This document shows, piece after piece, positions 57,733 to 64,000 of a DNA stretch of 64,000 nucleotides (within the stretch, counting starts at the first letter, position 1; each line of letters begins with the position of its first letter). This stretch comes from a virus. Both the position numbers and the translations under genes were made by a program. Below the pieces are notes generated by a model. It made no database searches. It had not been told where the DNA came from and saw only the letters and a list, made by a program, of their open reading frames with translations. The stretch spans positions 1 to 64,000 of IMG/VR virus record IMGVR_UViG_3300043446_000435; one strand, given 5' to 3'.

Positions 57733-58573
57733 GTATGTGGGCTTCACTCAGGGATTCCACACAGAATCCCTTGCCATAATTGATGAAGATGGGAACTGCG
57801 AGTTTCATCCTCGCGGCTTTGATCCCTCGATTGTAGATACAGATAACATCGCGTTCTTCGAACGTCCATATCTCAAGAAAACGCGACAGCTATTCGCTGG
57901 ACAATATAAGTCAGCGCTGGCTCCGCTCAATCTAAAGCTCAAGCCAAAGAAATACTTCGCGCATCATTTGTGTCATGCTGCGAATGCGTTTCAGCAATCC
58001 AACTACACGAGCGCAAGAGTTGTTGTAGCAGATTCTATTGGTGAGTGGGATACAGTTAGCATTTGGGATGCTCACTACGATCATTATGGTTACGCACAAT
58101 ACGAAAAGATCCTTTCATACAAATATCCTTTCAGCGTTGGTCTTTTCTATAGCTCTATCACACAGCTATGCGGATTCAAGCCAAACGCTGAAGAAGGAAA
58201 GTTGATGGAGCTTTCCAAGCTAGGAAAGTTGAGTGAAGATCTTAATGATCTCATGTTCAAGCAGCTATACGAAATGAATAATCATCGTGGTTGTTCTGGT
58301 ATGTATCCTTACTATAGCAAAGAAGATATCGCAGCCGGCGCACAACACACAATAGAAAAGTTTTTGAGATCCTTCTTCAAGGATTCTAAGAATTGTTGTT
58401 TCGCTGGCGGAGTTGCGCTCAACAAATTATTCGTTGACAAGTTGCAAACTATGCACTATAATATATTCGTACCTGAAAATCCTGGTGATCCTGGCTCTGC
58501 GATTGGTGCGGCTGCTTTGCTTTATGGGAGAAAGATATGTTCTATGAAAACTGTGGAAACGACAAGCCACTAA
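57722..58573 (+). CDS. carbamoyltransferase (NodU/CmcH) N-terminal Kae1-like domain only
   Basis: HHLCHAA, DSIGEW, GLFYS, EGKLM, GGVALN, GD.G.AIGAA. Confidence 0.8.
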   Translation: MKNKYVGFTQGFHTESLAIIDEDGNCEFHPRGFDPSIVDTDNIAFFERPYLKKTRQLFAGQYKSALAPLNLKLKPKKYFAHHLCHAANAFQQSNYTSARVVVADSIGEWDTVSIWDAHYDHYGYAQYEKILSYKYPFSVGLFYSSITQLCGFKPNAEEGKLMELSKLGKLSEDLNDLMFKQLYEMNNHRGCSGMYPYYSKEDIAAGAQHTIEKFLRSFFKDSKNCCFAGGVALNKLFVDKLQTMHYNIFVPENPGDPGSAIGAAALLYGRKICSMKTVETTSH

Positions 58574-59361
58574 GCATTATCGCTGGTCCGTGTGTGTTTG
58601 AATCTAAGGATCATGCTGTAGAAACTGCGCTCGCGCTACGCGAAGCCTGTATCAGAGTCGGGCATAAGTTCGACAGAGAAATCAACTTCATTTATAAGAC
58701 CTCTTTCGATAAGGCTAATCGAAGCTCTGCTGATAGTTACAGAAGTGCAGGATTCGACGAAGCCTTTTACGGAATGGAGGCCGTCCGTGGTCGAGGAATC
58801 GAAGTTCTCACGGACGTTCACGATGCGTGGCAATGTGAACAGGTGCAAGCTGATATCCTACAGATCCCTGCATTCCTTTGCCGACAGACTGATCTTATTC
58901 GCGCAGCAGCAGAAAGTGGTAAGCCTGTGAACGTGAAGAAAGGTCAGTTCTTATCTCCGTGGGAAATGAAGAACGTTGCTGAGAAGCTGCGGAAGTTTGG
59001 CTGTGACAAGTATATGTTCACGGAGCGTGGTACGACGTTTGGTTATAATAATCTAGTCGTCGATATGCGTTCGCTTGAAGTGATGAAGCAATATACCAAA
59101 GCTGTCGTTATGGACTGCACTCACGCAGTGCAGCTCCCAGGCGGTAATGGCACTAGCTCTGGTGGTCAGCGTCAGTATGTTTCAACTATGGCTCGCGCTG
59201 CTGTTGCTGTTGGTGTAGCTGCATTGTTCATGGAAGTTCATGAATCGCCAGACAATGCGCCTTCTGATGGTCCGAACATGATTTACCTTGACAGCTTCGA
59301 GCAAATGATATATGATTTAATAGAATTGGATTATATCTCAAAGCGGAGCTTGAGGAGATGA
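58537..59361 (+). CDS. kdsA: Kdo-8-phosphate synthase
   Basis: IAGPCV.E, SFDKANRSS, QIPAFLCRQTDL, NVKKGQF, ERG..FGY, D.THAVQ.PG. Confidence 0.95.
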   Translation: MFYENCGNDKPLSIIAGPCVFESKDHAVETALALREACIRVGHKFDREINFIYKTSFDKANRSSADSYRSAGFDEAFYGMEAVRGRGIEVLTDVHDAWQCEQVQADILQIPAFLCRQTDLIRAAAESGKPVNVKKGQFLSPWEMKNVAEKLRKFGCDKYMFTERGTTFGYNNLVVDMRSLEVMKQYTKAVVMDCTHAVQLPGGNGTSSGGQRQYVSTMARAAVAVGVAALFMEVHESPDNAPSDGPNMIYLDSFEQMIYDLIELDYISKRSLRR

Positions 59362-59792
59362 ATCGACGTGGTGTTCTTGGTATGCTTGGTCTTGGCGCAG
59401 CTGCTGGTCCTGCCGTTGCAAAAGAGGTGATCTATCAAACATCGTATCCATCACCAGGATTATCTACGCCTGCAATCCTATCAACTGCTGCAGATTCACC
59501 CATTCCGTGGGATCCAGTCGAAAGTCTTGCGCGAGCAAAAGCAGAATACGAAATGGTGACTAGTGATCCTTCTGCTTGGATTGCTGATTATATTGCTCGC
59601 GAATACGAAGATTATGTAAGCGGATATTCTTCTATTCGTTTAGATAGCATCGATCCAGATATTCGCAATATGAAGTCAATATCGGAATCAGCAAAGATTC
59701 GGATGTGGATCACTCGTAAGGCTCAACGTCGTTATGAAGCAAACAAAAATAGTCTGTTCATGCGTATTCAAGAATTGTTGAAGGAAGTCTGA
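59358..59792 (+). CDS. hypothetical protein with twin-arginine-like signal
   Basis: MNRRGVLGMLGLGAAAGPAVA. Confidence 0.55.
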   Translation: MNRRGVLGMLGLGAAAGPAVAKEVIYQTSYPSPGLSTPAILSTAADSPIPWDPVESLARAKAEYEMVTSDPSAWIADYIAREYEDYVSGYSSIRLDSIDPDIRNMKSISESAKIRMWITRKAQRRYEANKNSLFMRIQELLKEV

Positions 59793-60328
59793 TGGGAAAT
59801 ATCGTAGGTAAGGTTTGGGGTGACACGAGCGTTCTTATTCAGAATCCGCTTGTTGAGCTTCATAGAATCAATACAAAAGCTGGCTACAAATGTTCGGAGC
59901 ATAAGCATGCACACAAATGGAACGGATTCTACGTCATCTCAGGAACCATGGAAATCCATGTTCGAAAAGGTGATTACGATCTCACCGACGTTACTGTTCT
60001 CAGAGCAGGTGACTTTACCACTGTTCGTCCTGGCGAGTATCATTGGTTCAGCAGCATCACAGATTGCGCTGCGCTAGAACTCTACTATCCAGAGACTTTG
60101 TCTGAAGATATCCAGCGCAAGAGCGTTGGTGGTCTTGATACTAGTCCTATTTCTATTCATCAGCGGAAACATCAGTATTACGAAAAGTTGAAGGAAACAA
60201 AATCTCCTTGCGTTTCTATCTGTAAACTTGATGAAGTGACAGGTAAGTGTGTCGGATGCGGTCGCACTATCGAAGAAATCCAGGATGCTGGTCTCCGCGA
60301 TGTTCCATATGAAGGATATGATAAATGA
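59792..60328 (+). CDS. cupin (sugar isomerase-like) fused to DUF1289-like Cys domain
   Basis: K.WG, SEHKH..K, PGEYH.F; SPCVSIC...CVGCGRT. Confidence 0.7.
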   Translation: MGNIVGKVWGDTSVLIQNPLVELHRINTKAGYKCSEHKHAHKWNGFYVISGTMEIHVRKGDYDLTDVTVLRAGDFTTVRPGEYHWFSSITDCAALELYYPETLSEDIQRKSVGGLDTSPISIHQRKHQYYEKLKETKSPCVSICKLDEVTGKCVGCGRTIEEIQDAGLRDVPYEGYDK

Positions 60329-60564
60329 CAGATACAGTCGTTGCTAGTATTATGAGCTCTAATACGTTCATTGCGTTGGTAGAGCAGCGTATCTCCGACA
60401 AAGGCATGAGCTATCTTGAAGCCATCACTGACGTCTGTGAAAAGACTGGGCTTGAGTTTGAGAACGTATCCAAGCTCATGACACCATCTATGCGAAAGCT
60501 GCTGCAAGCTGAAGCTATGTCACTCAATATGATTAAACGCACTGGATCAAGATTGCCAATCTAA
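60325..60564 (+). CDS. gp33: late transcription coactivator
   Basis: SYLEAI...CE...E.E...KL, EA..LN; synteny. Confidence 0.85.
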   Translation: MTDTVVASIMSSNTFIALVEQRISDKGMSYLEAITDVCEKTGLEFENVSKLMTPSMRKLLQAEAMSLNMIKRTGSRLPI

Positions 60565-61844
60565 TGACTGCGAATCTTGAAGAATTTGGTGAATTGGTGA
60601 AGCAGAGTATGAACATGCCATACGGAAAAACAAACTACACAGTTAGAGATCTTATGGACTGGATCAGATCTATCAATCTGACTGATGTTAAAATTGAACA
60701 TGTGATGTGGGAAGATTGTTTCCTCATTGGAAATATGAAGAACGGCCAGACATATAAGATTTCGCGATTTCAACTTGAAGATTCTGCGACTCCGAGAATC
60801 GAATTCATCAAAGGTATTGCAGCTGTTCTTAATCTAACGCATCAAGAAGTTGTTGAGATGATTCGAGTGAACGAAAGGGAAAAAATCATGGCCGATACTT
60901 GGAGTAAGGTCTTCGGTAAAGATTATCACACTGCAATCCTCGATGATGCGTCTGAGTCTGTTTCCGCTGGTCCTATTACAGGCGCAACATATATTGCTCC
61001 TGTTCCTGCTAACAGCTGGGTTACTATAGGTAACGGTGGAAGCGGTGGAGCAGGTGGAGCAGTAGGTGCTTTGAATAATTGGATGCACACTAACTATAAT
61101 TTAGACGGAACTATCATGCACGATATGCCAGAACTTGAAGCTGAAGCAGAACAGCAACTTCAAAGAGATCTTATGAGGAATCGTTTGTTCAATAAGCAAG
61201 AACGAGAAGAGCTGGAAAAAGTCAAACAGAAAGTCCTTTGGCATTTCAAGCAGTTTCGTCTCAATGAAGAAATGTCTATCCCATTCAAGTTTAATAAACT
61301 GATTATCGCTGGTGGTTGTTTCGCTTCGTTTCTGAACGGCGAAGAGCCAAGAGACTTTGACGTATTCCTGCTCGAAGATGAGTATAATCGCAAACTCGCT
61401 AAGGGTGTTGCAGATAGTTATAAATCAGAAGATCCTATTCAGATTCCGATCTCAAAGGTTCCAGTCAATCCTCCAGGCGCAAATACGATTGCTGGTTATA
61501 TCTCGCTGGGTCCGAAGAAAAACGATCGCGTGAGAGTTGGTAATTCTAACTACATGCAAAACGACAAGATCGAGCAGACTGTGTTCTTTCAAGATAGCAA
61601 GTTCCAATACATCACGACTCAGTATAAGACTCGTGAAGAACTGATCGGTCACTTCGATTTCAAACATTGCTGCGTGTCGTATAGCTTTGCTACAGATAAG
61701 CTCTACATCACACGCGAAGTTTACGATCTCATCAAGTCTAAGAAACTCGTTCAGAACGGCGACAGAATCCCAGCTGGTTGGCGTTTCGATAAATTCCAAG
61801 AGCGCGGCTGGAAACACGAGCCTCTTGACGTAATGTTTCTCTGA
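60564..61844 (+). CDS. multi-domain protein with nucleotidyltransferase-like C-terminal part
   Basis: IAGG..AS...PRDFDVF, FDF.HC. Confidence 0.55.
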   Translation: MTANLEEFGELVKQSMNMPYGKTNYTVRDLMDWIRSINLTDVKIEHVMWEDCFLIGNMKNGQTYKISRFQLEDSATPRIEFIKGIAAVLNLTHQEVVEMIRVNEREKIMADTWSKVFGKDYHTAILDDASESVSAGPITGATYIAPVPANSWVTIGNGGSGGAGGAVGALNNWMHTNYNLDGTIMHDMPELEAEAEQQLQRDLMRNRLFNKQEREELEKVKQKVLWHFKQFRLNEEMSIPFKFNKLIIAGGCFASFLNGEEPRDFDVFLLEDEYNRKLAKGVADSYKSEDPIQIPISKVPVNPPGANTIAGYISLGPKKNDRVRVGNSNYMQNDKIEQTVFFQDSKFQYITTQYKTREELIGHFDFKHCCVSYSFATDKLYITREVYDLIKSKKLVQNGDRIPAGWRFDKFQERGWKHEPLDVMFL

Positions 61845-62440
61845 TGGAAGGGATGAAAGCATACAGTCGCTATCAAGCACTCAAGCTGCACTTTACTAGC
61901 GACTATGACTTTGTAAAGTATTCTGGTAAGATCCGCAAGATCAGTGAAGAATCGTTCCTGAAGCGCAAAGATCAGTATCTCTTTCGCAAACTGGAACGTA
62001 AGTATGACGACGAAGGACTCACAGATTTCTTTGTCGCCAACTTTGTCTCCAACGCAGGAGTTCGTTGGGTTGGAGAAATGAATGGTCCTGAGTCTGAGAA
62101 GATATATCTTAACTGGCAGAAACGTATGGAAGCTTTTTCATACTATCTGAAGCAAGACTTGGAAACCATTCTGGATGAATGCAATAACAGCGTAAGCCGT
62201 ATTCTACTGGTTGAATCAACACATCCAGTTCTATTGAAGATGTATATGGCGGGAAAGATTGCAGCTGAAACTGTTATCGCGTTCGACATAGCCTTTGACG
62301 TTCTTGACAAATGGAACAACGAGATTACTGACACGATCGTATGGCCAGAGCTATACCTTCAACTCAGTAAGTATCGACCATTCGTTAGAGTCGATAAGTC
62401 TGTGATAAAAAAAGTGATGCGTGAAGTGTTTTCGTCTTGA
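61844..62440 (+). CDS. gp59: helicase loader
   Basis: Y.ALKLHFT..YDF.KY.GK, F.KRKD; synteny with gp32. Confidence 0.88.
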   Translation: MEGMKAYSRYQALKLHFTSDYDFVKYSGKIRKISEESFLKRKDQYLFRKLERKYDDEGLTDFFVANFVSNAGVRWVGEMNGPESEKIYLNWQKRMEAFSYYLKQDLETILDECNNSVSRILLVESTHPVLLKMYMAGKIAAETVIAFDIAFDVLDKWNNEITDTIVWPELYLQLSKYRPFVRVDKSVIKKVMREVFSS

Positions 62441-62514
62441 CGACACGCTATATAATACTATATCATGATTAAGTGGATAAGACGTTATACAACACATACA
62501 ACGGAGACATACAT

Positions 62515-63420
62515 ATGAACGAATCTTTTTCTGCCCTCAAGCGTCAGCGCAATTCTTCGCTGGAGCGTCTCACCAAAGAAATCAATAAGCTCGCCAACAA
62601 GGAACAAGGTTCCAAGGAGGACGATCGTTATTGGCAGCCTGAAGTTGATAAGGCTGGTAATGGTTACGCTATCATTCGCTTCCTTCCTGCTCCACAGAAT
62701 GAAGAACTTCCTTGGGTCCGTATCTGGAATCATGGTTTCCAGGGTCCCGGTGGCTGGTACATTGAGAACTCACTGACGACTCTCAATCAGCCTGATCCTG
62801 TTGCTGAAATGAATTCCAAGCTCTGGAATTCTGGCAACGACAAGGATAAGGAAATTGCTCGTGCGCGCAAGCGCCGTCTGAGCTACATCGCAAACATCTA
62901 CGTTGTCAAGGATCCTGCTCATCCTGAGAACGAAGGTAAGGTATTCCTCTACAAGTTCGGTAAGAAGATCTTTGATAAGATCAACGAAAAGATGAATCCT
63001 GAGTTTGACGATGAAAAGCCACTCAATCCTTTTGATCTGTGGGCTGGTGCTAACTTCAAGCTGAAGATCCGTAAAGTCGAAGGCTATCGCAATTACGATA
63101 AGTCTGAGTTCGAAGAGCCGGCTCCGCTGCTCGACGATGATGATGACATGGAAGCAGTTTGGAAGTCACAGCATTCTTTGGCAGAACTGGTATCTGCTGA
63201 TAAGTTCAAGAGCTATGATGAACTGAAGCGTCGTTTGGAAAAGGTTCTGTCCGAACCAAACGCTCGTAAGTCTGAGGATGACGAAGTCCCTTTTGAGCGT
63301 TCAGCTCCGCGTCCGTCTGCGGCTGCTGCTGTTGGTAAGACGGCTGCTCCTAAGAAACTCAAGACTGACGATGATGATGACTTGGAGTTCTTCAACAAGC
63401 TCGCTGAGGATGACGAATAA
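62515..63420 (+). CDS. gp32: single-stranded DNA-binding protein
   Basis: DKAGNGYAIIRFLP, WYIENS, FGKKIFDKI, GANFKLK, NYDKSEF, acidic tail. Confidence 0.96.
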   Translation: MNESFSALKRQRNSSLERLTKEINKLANKEQGSKEDDRYWQPEVDKAGNGYAIIRFLPAPQNEELPWVRIWNHGFQGPGGWYIENSLTTLNQPDPVAEMNSKLWNSGNDKDKEIARARKRRLSYIANIYVVKDPAHPENEGKVFLYKFGKKIFDKINEKMNPEFDDEKPLNPFDLWAGANFKLKIRKVEGYRNYDKSEFEEPAPLLDDDDDMEAVWKSQHSLAELVSADKFKSYDELKRRLEKVLSEPNARKSEDDEVPFERSAPRPSAAAAVGKTAAPKKLKTDDDDDLEFFNKLAEDDE

Positions 63421-63455
63421 TCACAGGGCTTATTCCTTTCACCTGTGATTGAACT

Positions 63456-63481
63456 GGGAGAGCTTCGGCTCTCCCTTTTTT
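63456..63481 (+). terminator. intrinsic terminator
   Basis: GGGAGAGC-TTCG-GCTCTCCC-T6. Confidence 0.9.
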
Positions 63482-64000
63482 ATTGATACTCCATCGTTTG
63501 CTTCGCAAGATACTCTTTAATCTTATCGTTCTGCGCATTCATTGGTAAGTTTTGTCCAGACATCACACTCGTTTCACCAGGAGTTGAACTACCAATATTC
63601 TGTGTTGAAGAGTTACTCATAACGATAGGACCTGCGTCTCCTGCAGAAGCTTCTGGTGTAGGAGGTGGAGCGGGAGGAGTAGATGGAGCTGGAGGTGCAG
63701 CTTCTGGTGTTCCTGTTCCTGATGGCGATCCAGTCATTCCTTCTGCAGAGCCAGCTGTTGCAGTCGCTGCCGGTGCTGATGGCATAGTCGTGGCTGCAGG
63801 AGTTCCTGTCGATTCCCCTCCGCCAGTTGGCGCAGCAGCAGTAGGAGCTGGCGCAGGAGCAGCAGTAGGCGTACCAGCAGCCGATTCTCCTCCTCCTGTT
63901 CCTGCTCCTCCTCCGCTAGGAGCTTTCTCAGGAGTACCGGCACCCTCAGTACCACCAGAAGGCGCAACTGGAGCTTGTTGCTGCTGTTTCTGCTCGGGTC
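63480..64000 (-). CDS. C-terminal Pro/Ala/Gly/Thr-rich part of a protein starting beyond the window (possibly tail/baseplate associated)
   Basis: Open frame continues from window end to stop at 63480. Confidence 0.6.
   Translation of the reverse strand, partial: PEQKQQQQAPVAPSGGTEGAGTPEKAPSGGGAGTGGGESAAGTPTAAPAPAPTAAAPTGGGESTGTPAATTMPSAPAATATAGSAEGMTGSPSGTGTPEAAPPAPSTPPAPPPTPEASAGDAGPIVMSNSSTQNIGSSTPGETSVMSGQNLPMNAQNDKIKEYLAKQTMEYQ

Noticed and set aside
63480-64000. Tandem DNA repeat
   Set aside because: Explained by low-complexity Pro/Ala/Gly coding sequence.

Overview
This is a 64-kb segment of a large lytic T4-like (myovirus-type) bacteriophage genome, almost entirely on the + strand. 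Core T4-like genes include primase gp61, RNase H, dNMP kinase, gp33, gp59 and gp32. Nucleotide-metabolism genes include class II NrdJ, ThyX and MazG. Four independent features point to an alphaproteobacterial (probably Hyphomicrobiales/Rhizobiales) host: an Omp2b/RopA-type porin, a circularly permuted two-piece tmRNA, a tRNA-His lacking G-1 with A73, and a CtrA-type box. The window carries 27 tRNA genes covering all 20 amino acids, several unassigned structured RNAs inside the tRNA array, many envelope/glycan genes and radical SAM enzymes, and two islands of strong sigma70 promoters sharing a palindromic operator. The most notable candidate new system is a DNA-hypermodification operon at 38.6-43.3 kb: a TET/JBP dioxygenase, a sugar nucleotidyltransferase-kinase fusion, a HAD phosphatase and a TET-associated glycosyltransferase. 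All calls come from reading motifs by eye; no database search or folding program was run.
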